NCBI GenBank assembly: GCA_963783575.1
Contig: CAWAOD010000003.1
Location: forward strand, 256,001-320,000
Source of the DNA: an uncultured Spirochaetota bacterium
GTDB lineage: Bacteria > Spirochaetota > Brevinematia > Brevinematales > JAOACQ01
Length of the DNA: 64,000 nucleotides
Direction: 5' to 3'
Position numbers and translations under genes: made by a program. The notes below the pieces were generated by a model. It worked only from the letters and a program-made list of their open reading frames with translations, did not search any database and was not told where the DNA came from. This document shows positions 50,718-61,079 of this stretch, in pieces. Numbering within the stretch: position 1 is the first letter of the stretch; each line of letters begins with the position of its first letter.

Positions 50718-51404
50718 ATGCTGAAGTATACAGTATTTTTAAGCCTAATTATCCTTATCCTAAACGGCTGTATTTTAATGGAAAAAATCAATAAACCTGC
50801 GGTTCCGAATTATGAGAGCATAAAAAATCAGAAGGGAAATAAAGCAGACGCTTACAACACCAAAATAATGATCGTTTATAATCCCAGGGAACCGGTTCCT
50901 GGTAAAAGCGAAACTTATCAAAGCCTGAAAATGGGCAGGGGCGGCAAGCCTTACCCCGCAGTTGACAGGCAATTCTGGGATCCGATATTCGGCAGGTCAA
51001 CAAAAGCAGGAAGTACATATGGAGGCTGGGTAACAATGAATAACATGAAATACGGCATGATGATCGGAGGAGCTTTGTGCCTTCTTGGAGGGGGAATATA
51101 TTATGCAATTGATCCGCCTGCAACTTATGACTATGGTTCTTACCAGGTAACAACAATTCCAATCGGCGCAATCGGTCTTATGATCGGCGGAGGTATCTGC
51201 CTGGCTGCATCGATTTTTATAAACGCGCCGGAATCATGGCTGAAACAGGCAGTTGATGAATATAACGACTATGCCAAAAGAGATTTAAAGTTAACCTATG
51301 ATGATAGTTTAACCCCTCAAATCAAATATTTAACTCTTATGCCTGGAAGTACCGGTTATGGAAATAAAGCTTATTATTTTTCATTGATGTCAATAAATTT
51401 TTAA
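50718..51404 (+). CDS. Hypothetical lipoprotein with two Gly-rich hydrophobic helices
   Basis: ATG 50718 with GGAGG RBS and lipobox LNGC. Confidence 0.6.
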   Translation: MLKYTVFLSLIILILNGCILMEKINKPAVPNYESIKNQKGNKADAYNTKIMIVYNPREPVPGKSETYQSLKMGRGGKPYPAVDRQFWDPIFGRSTKAGSTYGGWVTMNNMKYGMMIGGALCLLGGGIYYAIDPPATYDYGSYQVTTIPIGAIGLMIGGGICLAASIFINAPESWLKQAVDEYNDYAKRDLKLTYDDSLTPQIKYLTLMPGSTGYGNKAYYFSLMSINF

Positions 51405-51419
51405 AATTAGGAGGAAAAT

Positions 51420-52608
51420 ATGACTAAATTTATTAACCTCATTATTTTTTGTACTTTGTATATTTTATTCTTGATATCAGCCTGTTCACTCGGAAATGGA
51501 GGATCGTCTTCCAGTTCCCAAACAAATACCGGCGCCACAACTTCAAGCAGTTCGAACAGTGGAAGCCCTCACTGGCAAATTGTCGGAACAGCTGGCTTTA
51601 CAGCAGGCCAGGCGAATTATGTTTCAATGGCGATAGATGGCAATGGCAAACCATATGTCGCTTATGTGGATGTTGCCAATGCTTCCAATGCCATGGTAAA
51701 ATATTTTGACGGATCGGCATGGACAACCGCAGGCGGTGGTGCACTTTCCACAGCGGGATCAAGATTTACATGCATCGCTATTGATAAAAACAATGTACCC
51801 TATGTCGCTTACCAGGATTGGGCCAATAATTACAGAATTACGGTTAAAAAACTCGGCAGCTCCACCTGGAGTGTTGTCGGTAGTCCGGGTATAACTACGG
51901 GAACAGGCGGAACAGCCATAGATATTTCAATAGCTATTGATACCAGCGGAACTCCATACATCTCATTTTCCGATAATGCTCAAAACGGTAATGCGACTGT
52001 GATGAAGTTTAACACTTCTTCCTGGGCAGTAGTCGGTACCGCAGGATTTCTTTGGGCCCGTCAGTTATACTTCAATCGCAATTGATAAATCCGGAACGCC
52101 CTATGTAATCTTCAAGGATTGGTATAACAACATCCAGAAAGCCACAGCCATGAAATACGGCGGGTCTAACTGGTCTCCGGTAGGAAGTACGGGTTTTTCA
52201 ACGGGATATATTTATAATACCTCAATAGCAATAGACGGAAATGGAATTACATATGTTATTTATAAGGACAATAATATGACCAATAAGGCTACGGTTAAGG
52301 AATACAACGGGACAAACTGGGTTACAGCAGGTTATGAAGGCTTTTCGGTTTCTGAAATATTAACTCCGGATATTGCAATTGACGGCAATAATATCCCATA
52401 TGTGGTCTATAGTGACGGCGGTATAAGCGGAAAAGCTGAGGTTAAAAAGCTCAGCGGCAATACATGGGTAACTGTTGGGACTGACGGATTTTCATCTGGA
52501 GATGTTAATTATACATCAATAGCAATAGATGTTAACGGAACACCCTATGTGGCGTTTATGGACTATAATAACAGCAGTAAAGCCACGGTAATGAAATATG
52601 CTCAGTAA
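51420..52608 (+). CDS. Lipoprotein with beta-propeller repeats (W..VG..GF...SIAID..G.PY), frameshifted near 52045-52062
   Basis: Lipobox ISAC. The same repeat continues across ORFs 51420-52085 and 52150-52608. Confidence 0.72.
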
Positions 52609-52999
52609 TCCTTCATTCTTTCAAATAATATTGATAATCTTTTATTTTATTTTAAAATAACTACGATTAATCTGACATTATTTGGAGATAAGTTTCGCCT
52701 GTTGTAAAATCTTTTTATATTGCAACTGTTTTGTTAAGGAATAAACAGGTTCAGACTATTTTTACCTTATTTATTCCGGTGGGTAAAATCAATCAGTTAG
52801 ATTCCGGCATTTTTCAATGATTCTGGAATTAAACCCACCACTTACAATTTATCGCATAATATATTAATATAGCAAGCCATTCTTATTTTCTTTCCATTAT
52901 GTTTTCCTTTTATCATGGAATGATAACACCGTGAAAATCTTGACTTTTAAAAGTTTTACTTTATGCTATTAAAGTGGTTAATCTGAAAGGAGGAGCCTT

Positions 53000-54490
53000 A
53001 TGGCTAAAGATAAATTAAAAATTTTGATAGTCGCCAGTGAAGCTGTTCCTTTTGCAAAAGTCGGGGGGCTTGCGGATGTCGCCGGTGCTCTCGGGAAAGA
53101 ACTCCATAACATAGGCCTGGATGTTACGATAGCGATGCCGAAATATACTGTCGTATATGAATTTATTGAGAAAAATCACATCAAAATTCAGAAAAGCGTA
53201 GAGATTTACATAGCCCTGGAAAGCGGTGAAGTATCGGGAAAAATTGAAGAAGTCCGGTACGATGGGGTAAGGTATTATTTTATCGATAATCCGTTTTATT
53301 TTAAAAGAGACGGTATATATACAGACAATGTAACCAAAAATGATTATCGCGACAGCCTGGAAAGATTTACTTTTTTCTGTAAGGCTGTGCTTGAAGCGGC
53401 AAAAGTTCTCGATTTTAAGCCTGATATCATCCAGGCAAACGATTGGCAATCCGGGCTTGTGCCGGTTTACTTAAAAACCATATATAAACTGGATTCATTC
53501 TTCAAATCAACAAGAAGTGTAATGTCCATACATAACCTTTCATATCAGGGAATTTTTCCGGTCGAACAATTCATGATTACAGGTCTTGACTGGAAACATT
53601 TTACGGTCAATGGATTGGAATATTACGGACACCTGAATTTACTTAAAGGCGGAGTTGTTTTCTCCGACGCCATTGTTACGGTGAGCGAAACATATGCCAA
53701 AGAAATCCAGACTCCAGAATATGGAAACGGGCTTGAAGGTATAATGAAGGATAAGGCCTTACAGAAAAAACTTTTCGGTATTGTAAACGGGGTTGATTAT
53801 AATGAATGGAACCCAAAAATTGACCGCTATTTAAAAGAAAAATTCAGTAAAAATTATGATATTGGCAATCTTCATACAAAGAAGATAATAAAAGAGGAAT
53901 TTTTAGAAAATTACGGTATTAAAAACCCGGATCCGGATATTCCTCTTATAGGGATGATTTCCCGCCTTGTTGACCAGAAAGGATTTGATCTTTTATTTGA
54001 AATCATCGACTATATTTTGAAGCAGGGTGTTTATTTTACAGTGCTCGGAATCGGAAAATACGATTATGAAAACAAACTGAAAGCGATTCGTGACAAATAT
54101 CCCAATAAAGTTTTGGTTTTTATTGAATTTAACATACCGGTTTCGCATTATATTGAAGCGGCATCCGATATATTCGTTATGCCGTCAAGATTTGAACCAT
54201 GCGGTTTGAATCAGCTTTATAGCATGAAGTATGGGACCATACCTGTTGTTAGAAATACAGGCGGTCTGGCAGATACAGTTAAAGACGGAAAATCGGGTTT
54301 TGTATTTACGGATTATAATCCCGAGGATTTCTTATCGGCAATTACTAAGGCTATTAACCTTTATAAAAATTCCCCGGATAAATGGCAAAAATTGATCGAA
54401 AATGCCTTGAGTGAGGAATGGTCATGGGAAAGAGCGGCAAAAAAGTATATAGATATCTATAAAAGTTTGTTAAGCGATGTCGATGAGTAA
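53000..54490 (+). CDS. glgA: Glycogen synthase
   Basis: EAVPFAKVGGLADV, NDWQ, IHNLSYQG, SRLVDQKG and PSRFEPCGL. Confidence 0.95.
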   Translation: MAKDKLKILIVASEAVPFAKVGGLADVAGALGKELHNIGLDVTIAMPKYTVVYEFIEKNHIKIQKSVEIYIALESGEVSGKIEEVRYDGVRYYFIDNPFYFKRDGIYTDNVTKNDYRDSLERFTFFCKAVLEAAKVLDFKPDIIQANDWQSGLVPVYLKTIYKLDSFFKSTRSVMSIHNLSYQGIFPVEQFMITGLDWKHFTVNGLEYYGHLNLLKGGVVFSDAIVTVSETYAKEIQTPEYGNGLEGIMKDKALQKKLFGIVNGVDYNEWNPKIDRYLKEKFSKNYDIGNLHTKKIIKEEFLENYGIKNPDPDIPLIGMISRLVDQKGFDLLFEIIDYILKQGVYFTVLGIGKYDYENKLKAIRDKYPNKVLVFIEFNIPVSHYIEAASDIFVMPSRFEPCGLNQLYSMKYGTIPVVRNTGGLADTVKDGKSGFVFTDYNPEDFLSAITKAINLYKNSPDKWQKLIENALSEEWSWERAAKKYIDIYKSLLSDVDE

Positions 54491-54514
54491 TCGAATTTGA
54501 TTACGGAGCTGAAA

Positions 54515-54724
54515 ATGGCTTTATCATATGAAGATAAAAAACTTCTGATAAATGGATTGAATGGTATTTTATCTCAGGTTCCTTCCTTTTTAAAAGGCAC
54601 AATAAACTCAAAGTTGATTTCAGGATATATACAGGCAATTCCTAATAATTTCAGGAATTATTCATTACAGGAATTAATTGACGCAATTGAGGAAGGAAAT
54701 AGAAATAACAGTTTTAACTGGTAA
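54515..54724 (+). CDS. Small hypothetical protein
   Basis: GGAG RBS before ATG 54515, 69 aa, directly after glgA. Confidence 0.5.
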   Translation: MALSYEDKKLLINGLNGILSQVPSFLKGTINSKLISGYIQAIPNNFRNYSLQELIDAIEEGNRNNSFNW

Positions 54725-54846
54725 CGCAATAAAGACCGGTCCGGTCAAAAAATAAGGCTAAAGCAGTTTTTTTTGTAATAATTAGATTTTTTGTTTAATA
54801 ATTATTAATATATTAGATAACGATATTTGTGAAGGAGGTTATTTTT

Positions 54847-56454
54847 ATGAAAAAATTGACGGTAATTTTAAGCTGCATTTTATTATTTGGTTTTTTATCA
54901 TCCTGCGGCCCTGCCGTACCGAAAAAAGAAATGGAGGATGCAAAAACATCCATTGAAAGGGCAAAAAACGTGGACGCGCCTATTTATGCACAGCAGGTTT
55001 TTAATGATGCTCAAAAAGATTATGATGATGCTTCAAATTACATAATAGCAAAGAAAAATAAGGAAGCAACGGAAAAAGCCGTTTCTTCTAAGGATAAAGC
55101 TGACAGTTCATATGAAACGGCAAGAGAATCAAGAGCCAATGGCATATATCAAAAATGCTCGGTTTTAATGGATTCAGCGGTAAAAAATCTTGCCGATAAA
55201 ATATATCCGGATAAATATAACGATATAAAAACAAATCTGGATGGTATAAAAAGTTCGATCGATGCAAAAGACTTTGATCCGGCATATTCTAACGGTATCA
55301 GCCTGCAGCCCAGGATTCAGCAGCTTATTGACGACTCTGCGGCACAGATGGAAAAAGCCAGAAATGCTATTGCTCAGGCTCAGGATAAATATGACTCGGC
55401 TGAAAATAATGATCTTATAAAAGAATACGCACTTGCGGATTTGAAAAAGGCTGTTCCTGTAATGGATGAAGCCAAAAAAGCTAGCGATGAAGGAAATATT
55501 GACAGTGCAATAACCAATTCAGCCGAAGCTATAACAATCATCGACGGCGCAATCAGTAACGCTAATGACAGGTATCAGAAATACCTTGACCAGAAAAAAG
55601 CTGATGAAGAAGCGGCAGCCCTTGAAAAACAAAAAGAGATAGACGCACAAAAGCAAAAAGCCGAACAATATATCGATGAGGCCAAGAAAAAATTAGAGGA
55701 ATTGAAATCGAGGAAAAAAACCGGCTTACTTGAAATCCATCTAAAGAATTTTACTTTTTTAAAACCGGGTTTTATTCTTATTTCACAGGAAGTTACCAAT
55801 GATACAAATGCGGAAAACACAAATATTAATTCTGAAGAAACAAATCTTCCCCCACTAGAGGTGAAATTTTCAAATACGGATGATCAAAGTTTAACCGATA
55901 AAAATGAAGCTCCTGAAACAAATATCAGTCCTGATGTCGAGCCTTCCGCCTCCCAGCCCGAATCGCAGACAAATACGAATGTGAACTATACCGTTGAGAC
56001 CGTGGAGCAATATATCAATATGGCTGAAGACTCCTACCGGAATGAAGAATACCTTGATGCGATAGACTTTGCAAGGGAAGCGATCAGGATTGCCGATATT
56101 TTAATAGCCATGCAGGAGGAAGAAGAAGCAAAAGCCCTGGCTCTGGCTCAGTCAAATACCAACATTGCAGAAACCAATGCCGCAGAGACCAATGCTGTGG
56201 AAACCAATATTATTCAGCCTTCAGCCCCAACAAACGTTCAGCCTCCGGAAGAAGAGTTTAAAATATATGTCGTTAAACTGAACAAACAAAACCGTGATTG
56301 TTTATGGAAAATTTCGGGTTATATGTACAATAAAAGATACTGGCTCTGGCCGGTTATATGGCGTGCCAATAAATACCAGATTAAAGATCCGGATCTGATA
56401 TATCCAGGGCAGGAATTGAAAATCCCGACTGCCCCAATGAAAAGTAAAAAATAA
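54847..56454 (+). CDS. Lipoprotein with DUF4398-like helical repeats and C-terminal LysM domain
   Basis: Lipobox LSSC, Ala-rich helices and C-terminal 'DCLWKIS...WPVIWRAN..QIKDPDLIYPGQELKIP'. Confidence 0.8.
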   Translation: MKKLTVILSCILLFGFLSSCGPAVPKKEMEDAKTSIERAKNVDAPIYAQQVFNDAQKDYDDASNYIIAKKNKEATEKAVSSKDKADSSYETARESRANGIYQKCSVLMDSAVKNLADKIYPDKYNDIKTNLDGIKSSIDAKDFDPAYSNGISLQPRIQQLIDDSAAQMEKARNAIAQAQDKYDSAENNDLIKEYALADLKKAVPVMDEAKKASDEGNIDSAITNSAEAITIIDGAISNANDRYQKYLDQKKADEEAAALEKQKEIDAQKQKAEQYIDEAKKKLEELKSRKKTGLLEIHLKNFTFLKPGFILISQEVTNDTNAENTNINSEETNLPPLEVKFSNTDDQSLTDKNEAPETNISPDVEPSASQPESQTNTNVNYTVETVEQYINMAEDSYRNEEYLDAIDFAREAIRIADILIAMQEEEEAKALALAQSNTNIAETNAAETNAVETNIIQPSAPTNVQPPEEEFKIYVVKLNKQNRDCLWKISGYMYNKRYWLWPVIWRANKYQIKDPDLIYPGQELKIPTAPMKSKK

Positions 56455-56466
56455 CAAATAAATCCG

Positions 56467-56495
56467 CGGCGGTAAGAAATTACCGCCGTTTTTTT
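56467..56495 (+). terminator. Intrinsic terminator
   Basis: CGGCGGTAA-GAAA-TTACCGCCG followed by T7, just after the LysM gene. Confidence 0.8.
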
Positions 56496-56527
56496 ATTAT
56501 CCCCGCTTAATTTATCGGGAGTTGAAA

Positions 56528-57604
56528 ATGAGGCTTGATATTTTGAAAATCATTAATTTCAGAAATTACTCAAATTTTGAATTAGGAAATTTCGGCGATG
56601 TTAACCTATTGACCGGGGAAAATGGAAGTGGAAAAACAAATTTTTTGGAGTCAATCCAGGTTCTTCTTAGCCTTCATCCAATCAGGAACGTAACATTAGC
56701 GGAACTTATCCGCTGGAATGAAAATTCCTTTTATATCAGCGGGATTATAAATAATGATAAAATTGAAATAGGATTTTCCAGGGAGAAAAAGATTTTAAAA
56801 TGGAATAACAACCCGATTAATGCAGGAGAATATATTTCCCGCTATCCCGTCGTCAGCTTTTTACCCGAAGACATAGCCGTTGTAGCAGGTAATCCCGATG
56901 TAAGGCGCAATTTCTTTGATGGGATTTTATCGGCAGTCAACCCCGATTATAAAACTTCATTGCAGAATTACCAGAAAACCTTAAAAGAAAGAAACGCGCA
57001 GATCAGGTTAAATCAAAAAGAAGTATCAATATGGAACCATGAACTTATTCACTATGGAAGTAATTTGATGGAAAAACGCCTTGATTTTGTGCATTATTTG
57101 AATACCCGGATAAAAAAAATATATTTTGATTTCTACGGACAGGAACTGGAAATCAAATATTTGAATACTTTCAGGATAGAAAATACAATTACCGAATCAT
57201 ACAGAATGTCTCTGGAAAAAAGCTCTCCGGCAGAACTGGAAAAAGGATATACTTTAATCGGGCCGCACCGGGATAATTTTGAAATACTTAACCTGGATAA
57301 AAAGGCCAAAATATTTGCTTCACAGGGTCAGAGAAGAACGATCGCACTGGCATTTAAATTATGCGTAATAGAATTAATGGAAAAATACTTTCATGAAAAA
57401 CCGATTCTGCTGCTGGATGATGTTTTGCTGGAACTTGATTCCTCTCGCCGGAATAAGATTTTTGACATGATTTTAACCGGGTATCAAATATTTTTAACTT
57501 CAACGGAAGCTAATCTGTATGATTCCGGCTCAAAAAAAGGCAATAAATTATTCAGCCTTAAAATGTATAAAATCAATAATGGCGCAGTAGAATCAAACTC
57601 ATAA
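56528..57604 (+). CDS. recF: DNA replication/repair protein RecF
   Basis: NFRNY, GENGSGKTN.LE, GPHRD, SQGQRR and LLLDDVLLELD. Confidence 0.92.
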   Translation: MRLDILKIINFRNYSNFELGNFGDVNLLTGENGSGKTNFLESIQVLLSLHPIRNVTLAELIRWNENSFYISGIINNDKIEIGFSREKKILKWNNNPINAGEYISRYPVVSFLPEDIAVVAGNPDVRRNFFDGILSAVNPDYKTSLQNYQKTLKERNAQIRLNQKEVSIWNHELIHYGSNLMEKRLDFVHYLNTRIKKIYFDFYGQELEIKYLNTFRIENTITESYRMSLEKSSPAELEKGYTLIGPHRDNFEILNLDKKAKIFASQGQRRTIALAFKLCVIELMEKYFHEKPILLLDDVLLELDSSRRNKIFDMILTGYQIFLTSTEANLYDSGSKKGNKLFSLKMYKINNGAVESNS

Positions 57605-57719
57605 ATTATCACTTGCCTTAAAATAATACTTTATTTTTAATTTTTGGCAATTCTTGTTATAATAATAAATAGTATTTATCTAAACTGAACCGTTTAATCA
57701 AAATTAACAGGAGCGGATT

Positions 57720-58781
57720 ATGCTTCAAAAAGCCCTGGATCTGGTTAAAAATTACGAGGAGATCGGTAATAAGCTCTCACACATGCAGCCTACCGGTCCG
57801 GATTATATCAAACTCGCTAAAGACCGTGCCGAACTTCAGCCTATTGTTGAGAAATATAATGAAATCGCCGGGCTTGAAAAAGAGATTGCCGATACAAAAG
57901 AAATTCTTGAAACCAATAATGATGAAGAAATGAAAAAAATGGCAAAGGATGAACTTGAACGGCTCAATGGAAAAATAACAGTCCTTGAAAGCGATATTCT
58001 TAAAATGCTACTTCCGAAGGATGAACTGGAATCCAAAAATATTATCATTGAAATCAGGGCAGGTACCGGCGGGGATGAAGCAGCGATTTTTGCCGGCGAT
58101 CTTTTCAGAATGTATACACGGTATGCCGAAATTAAAAAGTGGAAGTATGAAGTTCTTGATTTTAACGATACCGGGCTGGGCGGTTATAAAGAAGTCGTCT
58201 TTTCGGTCAAAGGAAAAGAAGTTTACAGACATTTTAAATTTGAAAGCGGCGTTCACAGGGTTCAGAGAATACCAGTAACGGAAGCCGGGGGACGGATACA
58301 CACATCTACGGCATCAGTTGTTATACTTCCTGAAGCGGATGAGGTAGATATTCAAATTGATCCGAAAGATTTGAAGATCGATGTTTACCGCGCCAGCGGC
58401 GCCGGAGGTCAGTATATTAATAAAACCGACTCTGCAGTGCGAATTACTCATATGCCATCTGGAATTGTTGTAGCCTGCCAGGAGGAACGTTCTCAAATAC
58501 AGAACAGGGCAACGGCAATGCGCGTTCTCAGGGCCAAACTCCTCGATGTTGAACTGCAAAAAAAGGCTCAGAATGAAACTAACCTTCGAAGAAGCGCCAT
58601 AAGGAGCGGTGACAGATCGGAAAAAATACGGACATACAATTTTCCTCAAAACAGGCTGACCGATCACAGGATTAATCTCACCCTTTATAAACTTGATTTT
58701 ATAATGAACGGGGAGCTGGATGAAATGATTAATGCTTGTATAATAAGCGAACAGGAAGAATTATTAAATTCACTGGGGTAA
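57720..58781 (+). CDS. prfA: Peptide chain release factor 1
   Basis: [11 protein letters not shown] specificity motif, GGQ and RTYNFPQ.R.TDHRI. Confidence 0.96.
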   Translation: MLQKALDLVKNYEEIGNKLSHMQPTGPDYIKLAKDRAELQPIVEKYNEIAGLEKEIADTKEILETNNDEEMKKMAKDELERLNGKITVLESDILKMLLPKDELESKNIIIEIRAGTGGDEAAIFAGDLFRMYTRYAEIKKWKYEVLDFNDTGLGGYKEVVFSVKGKEVYRHFKFESGVHRVQRIPVTEAGGRIHTSTASVVILPEADEVDIQIDPKDLKIDVYRASGAGGQYINKTDSAVRITHMPSGIVVACQEERSQIQNRATAMRVLRAKLLDVELQKKAQNETNLRRSAIRSGDRSEKIRTYNFPQNRLTDHRINLTLYKLDFIMNGELDEMINACIISEQEELLNSLG

Positions 58782-58784
58782 TAA

Positions 58785-60113
58785 ATGGATATAGACCGGC
58801 AGACATTCCGGGATCTTGAAATTTTCAAGGTTGAAGGGGACAGCCCAAGCATATTTGAGCTTCTTAACCTGACAAGAACATTGGGCGGCGGAGAAAAACT
58901 AAGGCGTTTTTTTCTTAAACCCAGATCAAGCATAAAAGATATTCTGGAAATTCAGGAAACGCTTAAATATATAATAAATGTTGGGGATGATTTTGTTCTG
59001 CCGAACAATATTGAACCTCTTAAGGTTGAAGAATACCTTGAATCAAATATTGTACCGATTGCTCACAGTAATCTTTTTCTCGGTTTTTTTGAAAGTGTCT
59101 GGACAAGATACAGATATCCGGAAATTTATCATCATCTTTTCCAGGGGTTGAAAATCCTGGGTGATTATTTAAGGGGAATTTTTACTTATTATAAAAAAAA
59201 TAATAAAAATAATTTTCCGGTTTTACTGAAGGAAATATTCGATCAACTTGATACCCTATTTAATAAATCTGAAATAATGCGCATTACGCAAAAATCAAAT
59301 CCAAAGGAATTGACTCCAAGGCTTGTTTTTATCCTTGACCGGCTGGCGAGAACAAAAATTAAAAAAAACCTGGTAGCATTGGTGGAAACAATTTATCAGC
59401 TGGAATTATATGTCGGATTAACACTAGCATTTCGGAAATACAACCTGGCATTCCCGAAATTTATAGAGTCTGAAAAACCTGTTGTTTCAATAAAAGACTT
59501 ATATCATCTTTTTGTCAAAAATCCGGTTAAAAATGATTTTATTTTAGAAAACAGCGAAAACCTTATTTTCCTTACAGGCCCCAACATGGCTGGTAAAACC
59601 ACTTTTATGAAAGCTGCCGGTGTGGCGGTTTATCTGGCTCATCTTGGAATGGGTGTACCGGCTTCCAGCATGGAACTGACGGTATTTAACTGCCTTTACA
59701 GCGGTATTAATACAATGGATGACATTAGAATGGGATATAGTTATTATTATGGAGAAGTAATAAGAATAAGGGAGGCCGCTGAAATTCTCCGGAAGGAAAA
59801 GGCTTTAATACTTTTTGACGAATTATTCAAGGGAACAAATATTCTGGATGCAAGCGAAGCTACAAAGCGCGTTATTATTAGCTTCGCCAATTGTAAATCA
59901 AGCCTTTTTTTAATTTCTTCCCACCTGATTGAACTTGAAAAGGATATCAAAAAGATAAAAAATATAGCATTTATGAGTTTTGAAGCTACAATGAACAGGA
60001 AAATTCCATTTTTTAACTACAGGTTAAAGAGGGGTGTTTCAAAACAAAGGCTTGGCCTGCTGATTCTTGAAAATGAAAAGGTTTTTGAACTCCTGGACTG
60101 TCTAGGTGAGTAA
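58785..60113 (+). CDS. MutS-related protein (ATPase domain V, no mismatch-recognition domain)
   Basis: TGPNMAGKTT, S.YYGE, DELFKGTN and SSH motifs, 442 aa. Confidence 0.85.
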   Translation: MDIDRQTFRDLEIFKVEGDSPSIFELLNLTRTLGGGEKLRRFFLKPRSSIKDILEIQETLKYIINVGDDFVLPNNIEPLKVEEYLESNIVPIAHSNLFLGFFESVWTRYRYPEIYHHLFQGLKILGDYLRGIFTYYKKNNKNNFPVLLKEIFDQLDTLFNKSEIMRITQKSNPKELTPRLVFILDRLARTKIKKNLVALVETIYQLELYVGLTLAFRKYNLAFPKFIESEKPVVSIKDLYHLFVKNPVKNDFILENSENLIFLTGPNMAGKTTFMKAAGVAVYLAHLGMGVPASSMELTVFNCLYSGINTMDDIRMGYSYYYGEVIRIREAAEILRKEKALILFDELFKGTNILDASEATKRVIISFANCKSSLFLISSHLIELEKDIKKIKNIAFMSFEATMNRKIPFFNYRLKRGVSKQRLGLLILENEKVFELLDCLGE

Positions 60114-60120
60114 TTAAATT

Positions 60121-61011
60121 ATGTATTTAACTGTAGATAAAATTTACAAATTTTCCTTAAAATTATTATCCTCTAAAGATATTCCTTCTCCCGAACTGGA
60201 TGCCAGGGTTATAATTGCCCATCATTTAGGTATCAATCGCAATGACTTGTTTCTTCATAAAACCGAAAAGATAAACCCCATCCTGATTATGCAAATTCTT
60301 ATCTCGATCTTTAAGCGAAGAAGATTCATGCCTGTGGCCTATATTCTGGGTTACAAGTACTTCTTTCAGGATAAATTTTTTGTATCAAAAAAAACATTGA
60401 TCCCCCGGGCGGATTCGGAACATCTTCTTTACGCCGTTCAGGCTTATTACTGCAATGAATGTCAAAGCTATAAAAATAATGAAAAAAGCCGCTTTAAGGA
60501 ACCAAAAAAAATTATCGACATCGGAACCGGAACAGGAGCTATTGCAGTTTCACTGGCCAGATTATTTCCGGAAGCATTAATCCAGGCAATCGACATTGAT
60601 ATTTCAACTTTAAGAAAAAATATTAAGCGGATCGGAATTAATAATATAGAATTGATCAGGCTTGATTTCTTGAGGTACGATTTACAACGCAGACATGACC
60701 TTCTGTTTGCCGGTTTTGACCTTATCATTTCAAATCCGCCTTATCTCTCAAAAATTGATCTGGAAAAGCTGGGAAATGACGCCAGGCTGTATGAACCCCA
60801 AAAAGCATTTTACGGAGGAGAGGATGGACTTAATTTTTACCGTAAAATTGCCGAATTTAGTATAGGAAAATTAAACCCGGATGGGCTGGTCGTCCTGGAG
60901 GTTGATTATAAATGGGAAAAAGTGAAAGACATTTTCAGCGCCAAGGGTTTTAAATATATTGAAATGTTTCGCGATTATAACGGCCTTGAAAGGGTTCTGA
61001 CGATATATTGA
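60121..61011 (+). CDS. prmC: Release factor glutamine methyltransferase
   Basis: P.AYILG, LIPR, DIGTGTGAI, SNPPY, GG.DGL.FY and D..G..R. Confidence 0.92.
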   Translation: MYLTVDKIYKFSLKLLSSKDIPSPELDARVIIAHHLGINRNDLFLHKTEKINPILIMQILISIFKRRRFMPVAYILGYKYFFQDKFFVSKKTLIPRADSEHLLYAVQAYYCNECQSYKNNEKSRFKEPKKIIDIGTGTGAIAVSLARLFPEALIQAIDIDISTLRKNIKRIGINNIELIRLDFLRYDLQRRHDLLFAGFDLIISNPPYLSKIDLEKLGNDARLYEPQKAFYGGEDGLNFYRKIAEFSIGKLNPDGLVVLEVDYKWEKVKDIFSAKGFKYIEMFRDYNGLERVLTIY

Positions 61012-61079
61012 TTGTTTCTGAAGGCCTTATTATAATTACATTTTCAATTTAAGAAAATTTATTATAAGGGATTTTGAAC

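Noticed and set aside
56528..57604. Replication origin near recF
   Set aside because: No dnaA, dnaN or gyrB is adjacent and no cluster of DnaA boxes was seen.
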